A program made the translations under genes and the position numbers. From Myxococcota bacterium (lineage in GTDB: Bacteria; Myxococcota_A; UBA796; CAJQPC01), in assembly GCA_036012755.1 (NCBI GenBank), contig DASCPX010000179.1:96001-160000 (forward strand): a stretch of 64,000 nucleotides of DNA, given 5' to 3'. Below the pieces are notes generated by a model. The model did not search any database and was not told the DNA's origin. It saw only the letters and a list, made by a program, of their open reading frames with translations. How positions within the stretch are numbered: position 1 is the first letter of the stretch; every line of letters begins with the position of its first letter. This document shows, in pieces, positions 1 to 7,969 of this stretch.

Positions 1-170
1 AGGGGCACGTCGGCGGCCGGAACGAGCCAGCATGGCGAAGTAGGGATCGACTCCGCCCAGAGAGCGGCTCCAGCCTCCGGGGACGGTGTCGAGGGCATCG
101 CCCGCACCCAGTCGCTGCCTGGCAGACCAGCTTCTGCGTGCCTCGCCGAGAGTGAGCTTCGCCACTCCGC

Positions 171-1337
171 TCAGACGGCGTCGAAGCCAGCCGCGGCGAT
201 GGCGGCCCGGACGACGGACTCGTCGACCTCGCCCTCGACATGGGCCGTGTTCGTCTCGATGCTGACGGTGGCGCCGTCGACGCCGTCCGTGTTGTTCAGC
301 ACGCGCTCGAGGCGACGGGCGCAGCCCCCACAGGTCATGCCCTCGACGCCGATCTCCAGGGCCTTCGCGCCTGGTGAGGTGAGCTTTCTCCGGAGGTCGC
401 CCACGGCGAACCAACATAGCATCGCGGTCAGCGCGACAGCGCTGGCGGTCGCCCACCAGGCCGCCCCGTGCTCGTGCGCTGGGGCGGTGGTGGCCTCGAT
501 GAGGAAACCAAAGGCCCAGCCAAGGCCAATGCTGCCGACGAGGATGGTGACCAGGTAGATGGCAGTGGTGCGAAGGCCGAAGGTCTTCTTGATGGCGCCG
601 AGAGTCGCGATGTTCGTCGCCGGTCCAGCCATGAGGAAGACCAGGGCGGCGCCCGCGGGCATGCCCCCAGCCACGAGTGAGGCCGCGATCGGCACGCTCG
701 CGGTGGCACAGACGTAGAGCGGTACGGCGATGAGCAGGACCACGAACATCGCGGGCAGGCCGCCGTAGTCACCCAGCGCCGCGAGCCACTCGTTGGGGAC
801 GAGCACGGTGATGGCCGCGCTGGCGACCACGCCGAAGGCCAACCAGCCCCAGATGCCCCGGATGATCTGGAGGCCGTGGTCGAAGGCCCCCCGCCAGGTC
901 CGATCGCCGCTGTCGTGGGTGGGGGGCGCCTCGTCGGTGCCGGTGGACCCGAAGCGGTCCGTGAGCCAGCCCCCGACGAGCCCGGTGGCGGCGGCGGCGG
1001 CGACCTTGAAGAGCGCGAAGGGCCACCCGAGGAAGCTCCCGGCGACGAAGATCGAGTCCACGCCGGTCTGGGGGGTGGCGATCAAGAAGCCGATGGAGGC
1101 CCCGTCGCTGGCGCCGTCCTTCTTGAGCCCGATGCCCGCAGGGATGACTCCGCAGGAACACAGGGGCAGGGGCACGCCGAAGAGCACTGCCTTGGCGACC
1201 GCGCCACGCCCGCGGAGGTTGCGCTGCATGAAGTCGGGTGGCAGCCACTTGTGGAGCAGGGCGGACACGAGCGCTCCGAGCAGCAGCCACGGCGCCAGCT
1301 CGAGCAGGACGTCCCAGATCGCCTCGATGAAGCTCAT
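171..1337 (-). CDS. DUF318/SO_0444-type heavy-metal permease with C-terminal HMA domain
   Basis: Polytopic membrane protein with PLCSCGVIP and YVCATASVP motifs; C-terminal GMTCGGC HMA motif; ATGA-coupled to csoR. Confidence 0.9.
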   Translation of the reverse strand: MSFIEAIWDVLLELAPWLLLGALVSALLHKWLPPDFMQRNLRGRGAVAKAVLFGVPLPLCSCGVIPAGIGLKKDGASDGASIGFLIATPQTGVDSIFVAGSFLGWPFALFKVAAAAATGLVGGWLTDRFGSTGTDEAPPTHDSGDRTWRGAFDHGLQIIRGIWGWLAFGVVASAAITVLVPNEWLAALGDYGGLPAMFVVLLIAVPLYVCATASVPIAASLVAGGMPAGAALVFLMAGPATNIATLGAIKKTFGLRTTAIYLVTILVGSIGLGWAFGFLIEATTAPAHEHGAAWWATASAVALTAMLCWFAVGDLRRKLTSPGAKALEIGVEGMTCGGCARRLERVLNNTDGVDGATVSIETNTAHVEGEVDESVVRAAIAAAGFDAV

Positions 1338-1618
1338 GCCCTGCCTCCGTAGCGTGCGAAGACGTCCATGAGCTCCTCGATGGCGTCCTGGCTCTGGGTC
1401 GGGTCGCCAGAGGCGAAGGCCTCGGCCACGCAGCTCTCGATGTGGGAGCGCAGGAGGATCTCACCGGCCTTGCCGAGAGCGCCGCGGGCGGCGGAGATCT
1501 GGGTGAGCACGTCGACGCAGTAGGCGTCGCCCTCGACCATGCGGCGCACCGCGGAGATCTGGCCCTCGGCCCGCTTCAGGCGGGTCAACAACCGCTTCTT
1601 GGAGGCTTCGTCTCTCAT
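1334..1618 (-). CDS. csoR: CsoR/RcnR family metal-sensing transcriptional repressor
   Basis: MRDEASKKRLLTRLKRAEGQ...YCVDVLTQ...RSHIESC carries the Cys-His-Cys ligand set; ATG at 1618 (only the C-terminal end of the 940-aa track ORF is real). Confidence 0.92.
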   Translation of the reverse strand: MRDEASKKRLLTRLKRAEGQISAVRRMVEGDAYCVDVLTQISAARGALGKAGEILLRSHIESCVAEAFASGDPTQSQDAIEELMDVFARYGGRA

Positions 1619-1623
1619 CTTCG

Positions 1624-1666
1624 AATACCCGGTGGGGGTATCTAAGCTATACCCCCAGAGGGTATT
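1624..1666. promoter_or_regulatory. Tandem CsoR-type operators
   Basis: ATACCCGGTGGGGGTAT (1625-1641) and ATACCCCCAGAGGGTAT (1649-1665): TAC/GTA inverted ends around G/C tracts, directly upstream of csoR. Confidence 0.85.
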
Positions 1667-1723
1667 GCGCCAGAAAAACGAAACGCAAAGCTGGAGAGGG
1701 TGGGTGCGGTTAGCAGACCCGCC

Positions 1724-2371
1724 ATGCTCCCCGTGAAGATCTGCTGCATCCAGGACGAGGCCGAGGCACGCCTGGCCATCGAACACGGGGCCCGAGCCCT
1801 GGGGCTCGTCTCCGAGATGCCCAGCGGCTGGGGGCCGATCCCGGATGAGCGCATCCGCGAGATCGCCGCCACCGTGCCCCCCTTCGTCTCGACGGTGCTG
1901 CTGTCCGCTCGGTCGACAGTGCCCGGAGTCATCGAGCACGTCGAGGCCTGCGGCTGCGACACCCTGCAGCTCGTCGATGACTTCCCGCTGTCCGGCTACG
2001 ACTTCCTCCGCGAGCGCTTCGGTTCCCTGCGCATCCTCAAGGCGGTCCTCGTCACCGGCGAGGAGTCCATACAGGCAGCACGGGACCTGGCGCCGCTGGT
2101 CGACGCGGTGTTGCTGGACACGGGGGATCCGACGGCGGACGTGAAGGTGCTCGGGGGCACGGGTCGGACCCACGATTGGAGCATCTCCCGACGCATCGTC
2201 GAGGCCCTCGCGCCCCGAGATGTCGTCCTCGCAGGGGGCCTGAAGCCCGACAACGTCGCAGAGGCCGTGCGCCGCGTGCGCCCCTATGCCCTGGACCTCT
2301 GTACGGGCGTTCGCACCGATGGAGCGCTGGATCCGGCCAAGCTGGCCGCCTTCTTCGCCGCGCTCTCGTAG
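1724..2371 (+). CDS. trpF: Phosphoribosylanthranilate isomerase
   Basis: VKICCI N-terminus, LLDT..., GGTGRTHDW, LAGGLKPDNV and DLCTGV motifs. Confidence 0.88.
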   Translation: MLPVKICCIQDEAEARLAIEHGARALGLVSEMPSGWGPIPDERIREIAATVPPFVSTVLLSARSTVPGVIEHVEACGCDTLQLVDDFPLSGYDFLRERFGSLRILKAVLVTGEESIQAARDLAPLVDAVLLDTGDPTADVKVLGGTGRTHDWSISRRIVEALAPRDVVLAGGLKPDNVAEAVRRVRPYALDLCTGVRTDGALDPAKLAAFFAALS

Positions 2372-2374
2372 CAT
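2369..2374 (+). promoter_or_regulatory. -10-like TAnnnT hexamer (leaderless start)
   Basis: TAGCAT-N6-GTG(2381); overlaps the trpF stop codon. Confidence 0.45.
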
Positions 2375-2380
2375 TCGGTC

Positions 2381-4000
2381 GTGGCGGTCCTCCTTCGACT
2401 CGAGCAACGCGGCGACGACCTCGTCTTTGGCGTCGGAGAAGTGGAGGCAGCGCTGTCGGAGGGAACCGCCAGGGAGCTGCTCGTCCTCGCCGAGAGCGAC
2501 GAGGTCGACGTCACGGAGGACGACCTCGACCGCACCGACACCGGCGAAGACGAGGGCCTGCGCCTCGCCGACCTGCTGCGGGAGTACGCGCCGTGGGCGG
2601 AGCTGGAGGAGCTCGATGGCCAGACGCCGCTGATCGTGGTCTGCCCGGCGGCCCTCGAGAGGCTCGCCTGGGAGCGGCTGTTCTTCGATCAGGAGGCCCC
2701 AGCAGAGGTCCAGCGACGCGTCGTCATCGGGCGCCTGACCCCGGGCACGGCGGAGCCGACCAGACCCGAAGGCGCCTTCCACGTGCTGCACTGGTGCCCG
2801 ACGCCGAACGACCAGGGCTGCCGGCGCATCACGGGCCGGCTCGGCGAGCTCGCCCCCAGCCTGGAGATCACCCTCGACGAGTTCGAGAACCACATCCCCA
2901 GCGAGCCCTTCGTCCTGCACATCGTGATGAGCGGTGGGAGCTACGAGGCCCTGGAGCCCCACGTCGAGCGAGGCACGGAGGGACGCCTGGGACTCGCCCT
3001 GTCCCGCTGCGAGGCCGTGGTGCTCGCCATCATCGAGAGCCCGGTCGGTCACGCCGTAGAGCTCGGCGAGCGGCTGATCGAGCTCGGTGCGCCCTCGGTC
3101 ATCGCCCCCTGGGGCGAGGTCGACGTGGAGGCCCTGCAGCGCTTCGGCGACGGCTTCTACCAGGCCCTGGCGACCCACGCGACCCTGGCCGAGGCGGTCG
3201 CAGAGGGACGCCGAAAGGTGCGCGCCTGGGGCCAACGCCACCCAGAGGCCCGCTGGTCGAAGTGGTCCTGGCGCGTCGCGACCCTCGAGGCCGCCGACAG
3301 CTCTCCTCTGCGGCTGGAGACCTGGCGCCCCGAGGGCTGGCCTCGCCCGGCCTCTGATGCCACGGTGCTGCTGGAGCGCGCGCGCGAGCTGTCGATGGCG
3401 CAGGGTGGTGGCTACCTGGGGGTCGAGCACGTCGTTGCAGCGCTGAAACAGGTCGAGGGTGGCGGCAAGACCACAGCCCAGATCCGGGCGACGTTGCCGC
3501 GTCTGGACCAGTTCGAGGCGACGCTCGCTGCGCTCAGCCCCCAGCCCGGGGAAGAGCAGCTGACGCTGAGCCCTCGGCTGCGAGACTGGCCCAGCGGGCT
3601 GAACGATGGCTTCCACCTCGACGACCTCTGTGCCGTCCTGGCGATGGACCTCGCGGCGACCCTCGCGGGGCGACCGGGCACCGACCAGCCGGCCGAGGTG
3701 CTGACCGTGCTCGGCGGCCCAGAGGATGGGCGGGCGCTGAAGATGCAGGTCGGGGACACCCTCGGTCGCGCCTCGGACAGCGACGGTCCGACCCACGCGC
3801 TCTACGCCGGCACGCGGCTCACCGACCGCAAGCTCTCCCGCCAGCACCTCAGCTGGCAGGGGCCGGGCAAGGTGGTGCTGAAGAGGGCAGCACGACGCTT
3901 CCGGGGCGGAGAGATCGCCAGGGTCGGCCCCGGCGAGGTCGAGCTCAGCGCCGGCGACCTCCTGGTGCTCACCCACGCGACCCGGGTCATCGCCGGCTGA
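2381..4000 (+). CDS. CHAT-like domain + Clp N-terminal-like repeat + FHA domain protein
   Basis: LERLAWERL and APWGEVD...FYQAL...LAEAV (CHAT-like); ARELS...YLGVEHVVAAL (ClpN-like); LGR...LSRQH (FHA). Confidence 0.7.
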   Translation: MAVLLRLEQRGDDLVFGVGEVEAALSEGTARELLVLAESDEVDVTEDDLDRTDTGEDEGLRLADLLREYAPWAELEELDGQTPLIVVCPAALERLAWERLFFDQEAPAEVQRRVVIGRLTPGTAEPTRPEGAFHVLHWCPTPNDQGCRRITGRLGELAPSLEITLDEFENHIPSEPFVLHIVMSGGSYEALEPHVERGTEGRLGLALSRCEAVVLAIIESPVGHAVELGERLIELGAPSVIAPWGEVDVEALQRFGDGFYQALATHATLAEAVAEGRRKVRAWGQRHPEARWSKWSWRVATLEAADSSPLRLETWRPEGWPRPASDATVLLERARELSMAQGGGYLGVEHVVAALKQVEGGGKTTAQIRATLPRLDQFEATLAALSPQPGEEQLTLSPRLRDWPSGLNDGFHLDDLCAVLAMDLAATLAGRPGTDQPAEVLTVLGGPEDGRALKMQVGDTLGRASDSDGPTHALYAGTRLTDRKLSRQHLSWQGPGKVVLKRAARRFRGGEIARVGPGEVELSAGDLLVLTHATRVIAG

Positions 4001-4815
4001 TGCTCGTCCTCGGCCGGCTGTACCGGCGGGGTGTGCCCGGGGTGGGGTGGCTGCTCGCGGAGGGCTTGTGGCTGGCGCTGTTCGGTGCTGCCTTCGCGGT
4101 CTGGCTCTTTCCGAGCGAGGCCAGCCTGGTGGCGGTCTTCCTGGTCGCCATCGCATCGGTGGACTCGCTGGAGCGACTGCTGGTGGAGAACCGCCGCCGC
4201 ATCTACGAAGACGGCGAGCGCCCTCTCCGCGCCAACCTGCACATCTGCGCGCTCCTGCTGGCGCTGTTCGCGGGCACCACGGTGGGCTTCTCGTTGCTCG
4301 GCCTCTTCCTTCCCCTGGACCTCGTGGAGCTCCTGTTCGCCAAGCAGCTGGAGGGCTACGGCGCCAACTTCCCCGGGCTCCAGTTCGGGGGCGCTGCCCC
4401 GCTGTTGAAGGCCAACCTCTTCGTCCTCTTCTTCTTCTTCGTCATCGCGCTCTTCTTCCGGCAGGGCGGAGTGATGCTGGCGGTCGCGTGGAACGCCGGA
4501 GTCTGGGGAGCGACCTGCGGCTGGCTGGCCCGGACCTGGGATGGGGGTCCCCCGCTCGTCGAGGCCTGGTTCCGAGTCGCCGGGACCTGCCTCCCACACC
4601 TGGCGCTGGAGGCTGCGGCCTTCGTGCTCGCCGGGCTCGCCGGCGTGTTCCTGTCGAAGGGGCTCCTCCGTCACGCCCTCGACAGCGAGCCCGTGCGCTC
4701 CATCGCGACCTCCGCAGCCGCACTGCTCGCCGTCGCGGTCGGATTGGTGGTCCTGGGAGCCTTCTGGGAAGCCCTGGTGGCTCCGCATCTCCACCTCTGG
4801 CTGATCTCCGGGTGA
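4000..4815 (+). CDS. Stage II sporulation protein M (DUF95) family membrane protein
   Basis: Multiple TM helices; LPHLALEAAAFVLAGLAG motif and AFWEALV end; TGATG coupling to the upstream gene. Confidence 0.75.
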   Translation: MLVLGRLYRRGVPGVGWLLAEGLWLALFGAAFAVWLFPSEASLVAVFLVAIASVDSLERLLVENRRRIYEDGERPLRANLHICALLLALFAGTTVGFSLLGLFLPLDLVELLFAKQLEGYGANFPGLQFGGAAPLLKANLFVLFFFFVIALFFRQGGVMLAVAWNAGVWGATCGWLARTWDGGPPLVEAWFRVAGTCLPHLALEAAAFVLAGLAGVFLSKGLLRHALDSEPVRSIATSAAALLAVAVGLVVLGAFWEALVAPHLHLWLISG

Positions 4816-5077
4816 ATCAGCGCTCCGACGCGGCGAGCAGCGAGGGCACAGGCCTGCAGACCGGGACCCTGAGGCGCACCCTCGCGAGACTGCACGCGGC
4901 GTAGTGTCGCGGCCAGTGGGCGACCTGCAGAGGTCGCGTCAGGAACACGGCCCCCCAGCCCGGCGGGCGGACGGGCGCACAACGACGTCCGTGGAAGGCA
5001 GCGCTGGCGCCCTTCTTCGAACACCAACCCCTGGTGCCCCTACTGGTCAGGCCCTCTGCAGCGGGCGACAGGATGTT

Positions 5078-5224
5078 GCGTATCGGCCCCGGTTCTCCGG
5101 AACCCTCGGAGATGTGCAACAAAACGTCGCGTATCGGCCCCGGTTCTCCGGAACCCTCGGAGATGTGCAACAAAACGTCGCGTATCGGCCCCGGTTCTCC
5201 GGAACCCTCGGAGATGTGCAACAA
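5078..5224. repeat. 51-bp perfect tandem repeat, about 2.9 copies
   Basis: Unit GCGTATCGGCCCCGGTTCTCCGGAACCCTCGGAGATGTGCAACAAAACGTC starts at 5078, 5129 and 5180. Confidence 0.97.
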
Positions 5225-5295
5225 GCTCGCCCAGTTCCGGGCTCGCCCAGTTCCGGGCTCGCCCAGTTCCGGGCTCGCCCAGTTCCGGGCTCGCC
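5225..5295. repeat. 16-bp perfect tandem repeat, 4 copies + 7 bp
   Basis: Unit GCTCGCCCAGTTCCGG starts at 5225, 5241, 5257 and 5273. Confidence 0.97.
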
Positions 5296-5615
5296 GCGTC
5301 CTGAGACCGACGAGCGAGGCGTGCTTGCACGCCCCCGAGGAGGCGCCGGAGGTCGTGCCCGAAGCCGTCGCCCCGCGGTCCGCCGGTGTTGACGTGCGTT
5401 TCACCGGTGCAGACAGGGTGATCCTCGTCCGCGAGCCCGGAGGTGAGCGGCTGGCGCTGCGGGCAGATGGAGCCCGAGAGGTGCGCCCCGGCCACTACAA
5501 GATCGAAGCTCGCTTCGGCGAGCACCAGTTCCCGGTTGGACGGCTGACCGTCATGGCTGGTGTGGACGTGACGCTGTCCTGCGACGTGGACTTCCTGACC
5601 TGCAAACCGCGCTGA
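5296..5615 (+). pseudogene. Probable 3' remnant of a gene (Pro/Glu linker + small beta domain ending C-x6-C)
   Basis: APEEAPEVVPEAVAP...VRPGHYKIEARF...LSCDVDFLTCKPR looks protein-like, but the N-terminal part of ORF 5034-5615 is just translated tandem repeats. Confidence 0.45.
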
Positions 5616-5653
5616 GCGAGCCGGCAGGATAGGGGCGGGGCCAAGGAGATTCC

Positions 5654-6349
5654 ATGCTGCTGTCGCTGTTGTTGTCTTGCTCGGGACAGCCCGAGCCCAC
5701 CAGTGTCCCCGTCGCGAAGGACGGCGAGCCCAGGATCGAGAAGCCGGCGACCCCGGCCGCGGAGCCCGAGGTCCCGACGGCCTCGGTGCCCACCCCGGCA
5801 GACTGGAACGCGACCGCCCCGGCCAACTTCGACGCGGTCTTCGAGACCAGCAAGGGCAGCTTCACCGTGAGCGTGGACCGCAGCTGGTCACCCACCGGCG
5901 CCGACCGCTTCTACAACCTCGTCGACAACGGGTACTACGACGACATCGCCTTCTTTCGGAACATCGATGGCTTCATGGTGCAGTTCGGGATCCACGGCGA
6001 CCCGGCCTTCAACACCGTCTGGAAGGACGCCTCGATCCTGGACGACGCGGTCACGAAGTCGAACCGGCGCACCTTCGTGAGCTTCGCGACCTCGGGCAAG
6101 AACAGCCGCACGACGCAGATCTTCATCAACTTCGGCGACAACTCGAGCCTCGACGGAATGGGCTTCTCGCCCTTCGGCCAGATCACCGACGGCATGGAGG
6201 TCGTGGACTCGCTCTACAACGGCTACGGCGAGGGGAGCCCCCGCGGCCGCGGACCAGACCAGGGCAAGCTCCAGAAGATGGGCAACGCCTACCTGAAGAC
6301 CGAGTTCCCGAAGCTCGACTACGTCACCCAGGCGTCGATCAGGGACTAG
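5654..6349 (+). CDS. Cyclophilin-type peptidyl-prolyl isomerase, lipoprotein
   Basis: FFRNIDGFMVQFG, SRTTQIFIN and FSPFG motifs; MLLSLLLSC lipobox; AAGGAG Shine-Dalgarno. Confidence 0.92.
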   Translation: MLLSLLLSCSGQPEPTSVPVAKDGEPRIEKPATPAAEPEVPTASVPTPADWNATAPANFDAVFETSKGSFTVSVDRSWSPTGADRFYNLVDNGYYDDIAFFRNIDGFMVQFGIHGDPAFNTVWKDASILDDAVTKSNRRTFVSFATSGKNSRTTQIFINFGDNSSLDGMGFSPFGQITDGMEVVDSLYNGYGEGSPRGRGPDQGKLQKMGNAYLKTEFPKLDYVTQASIRD

Positions 6350-7931
6350 CCTCGGCGTCACTCGGCAGCGCGAAGAGGCTCATGCCGCGGTCGGTCCACA
6401 GGGGCTCGCCCAGGTGCTGGCGGAGCCCTGGCCTCGTCGCGAGGACGTAGCGGAAGCCGGCCGTTTCGCTCCAGTCGCCCGTGATGGGTCGGTTTCGCCT
6501 CGCCTCTTCCAGGGCCACGAAGACGCCGAGCTCGACGAGTCGCCGCTCCCACTCTGCGCCGCGCATCGCGGGGCTCATGTCCCAGGCGATGCCGCCGCCC
6601 TGGGGCTGGCCGTGGATGACCTGGTAGCCGATGAGGTCATTGGGGACGCGCGCCAGGGGCCAGACGAGGATCGGACCGTGGAGCTCGGGCATCTCCGGGA
6701 TGTTGGACTCGATCCACACGTGCTCGACCGGCCTGTCGTTTCGCAGCCCGACCCGGGCGTCGGCCACGCAGACGATCGCGAGCGCAGCCACCGCCACGGG
6801 CCTGAAGCGCCTCGCCCGCGCGACGAGTCCGGCGACGCAGATGGCGAAGGCTGGCAAGCCGAGCCCCAGCCACCGATAGGGCCACCAGAAGCGCTCATGA
6901 CCGGGCAGCCAGTCCATCAGCGCAGCCGGGAGCGCGAAGCTCAGATCGCCCCACATGAGCGGGAAGCCCCGCGAGCCGACGAGGACCGGCCCCAGCGCGA
7001 AGATGACGGCGCTGGCCGCGATGGCCGCGGGGATCCGGAGAGGCCGGAAGACCATGGCGCCGAGCACCGCGGGGACCAGGAGGATGGGCACCTTGCGCGC
7101 AGGCTCGGTGGTGAGCTGGAGCAGGAAAGCGCCCGGGACCTCCAGCGCGCCCGCGTTCTTCTGGGCCAGGGGCTCCAGGCGGTTCATCAACAGCGCGTAG
7201 TGGTTGCCCTCCTCGAAGAAGGCAGGCGCGATCAGGGCGAGTGACGGCAGCACGACGACCAGGGAGACACCGAGCACCCCGAGCGCCGAGGGCTTGCGCC
7301 ACCAGGCCGCCAGCAGGAGCGTGAACAGCACGCCGAACCAGGCGTAGAACCAGTAGCAGGACCCGGTGACGCCCAGGCCGATCCCCGCCACGAGCACGGC
7401 CTTTTTTCCCCCTCCGTCACGCAGCCACAGCATGCCGCCGAGCCAGACCGCCAGGGGTGCCCAGAGACCCTGCTCGGTGCGACCGACACCCGACTCCCAG
7501 ATCGCATAAGCCGAGGCGGTGCCCACGACGACGGCGGCTGCCGCGCCCCAAGGATCCCGCGTCAGCCTCCACCCGGCCCAACCGCAAGCGACCCCGTTGG
7601 CCACCCCCACCACGAGCACCGCCGCGTTGAGCGCCGGCACGGGATCGAGCAGAGCGTGGACCGGAAAGAGCAGGACCTGGGCGCCGACATTCCACAGCAA
7701 GAGCCGCACGTCCTGCCCCTCCGGCCAGGCCAGCTCCGGCCTGAAGAAGGGATTGCGCAGCTCCAGGACACAGTCCACGAAGGAGTGCGACCACCAGATG
7801 CCCGCGCCGAGGTCCGGGTCGCCCAGCCGACCGAGGAGGTGGGTGTCCATCACCTGCACCAGCGGCCAGGACGCCGCGACGACCAGTACGATGGCCAGCG
7901 CGACGAGCGCGCCCCAGAGTCTCACCGCCAC
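6339..7931 (-). CDS. Polytopic membrane protein, YfhO/GT-C glycosyltransferase-like
   Basis: About 12 TM segments; acidic GDPD in the first loop; WPEG and RFWWPYRW motifs; soluble C-terminal domain with YQVIHGQP; start is GTG 7931 or 7925. Confidence 0.6.
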   Translation of the reverse strand: MAVRLWGALVALAIVLVVAASWPLVQVMDTHLLGRLGDPDLGAGIWWSHSFVDCVLELRNPFFRPELAWPEGQDVRLLLWNVGAQVLLFPVHALLDPVPALNAAVLVVGVANGVACGWAGWRLTRDPWGAAAAVVVGTASAYAIWESGVGRTEQGLWAPLAVWLGGMLWLRDGGGKKAVLVAGIGLGVTGSCYWFYAWFGVLFTLLLAAWWRKPSALGVLGVSLVVVLPSLALIAPAFFEEGNHYALLMNRLEPLAQKNAGALEVPGAFLLQLTTEPARKVPILLVPAVLGAMVFRPLRIPAAIAASAVIFALGPVLVGSRGFPLMWGDLSFALPAALMDWLPGHERFWWPYRWLGLGLPAFAICVAGLVARARRFRPVAVAALAIVCVADARVGLRNDRPVEHVWIESNIPEMPELHGPILVWPLARVPNDLIGYQVIHGQPQGGGIAWDMSPAMRGAEWERRLVELGVFVALEEARRNRPITGDWSETAGFRYVLATRPGLRQHLGEPLWTDRGMSLFALPSDAEASP

Positions 7932-7942
7932 ACCATGACCTC

Positions 7943-7948
7943 AGCCTA
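7943..7948 (-). promoter_or_regulatory. -10-like TAnnnT hexamer
   Basis: TAGGCT-N6-ATG(7936); that ATG opens only a 4-codon ORF (MVWR*). Confidence 0.4.
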
Positions 7949-7969
7949 GCCCAGATAGAGTCGCACCAG

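Noticed and set aside
1619..4156. 940-aa minus-strand ORF as one protein
   Set aside because: Antisense shadow of trpF and the CHAT-FHA gene; only the last 94 codons (csoR) are real
4816..5077. ncRNA around the GCGACCT-GCAG-AGGTCGC hairpin (4920-4937)
   Set aside because: A single 7-bp stem in GC-rich DNA with no recognisable RNA motif
5078..5295. CRISPR array
   Set aside because: Units are contiguous and identical with no unique spacers, and there are no cas genes in the window
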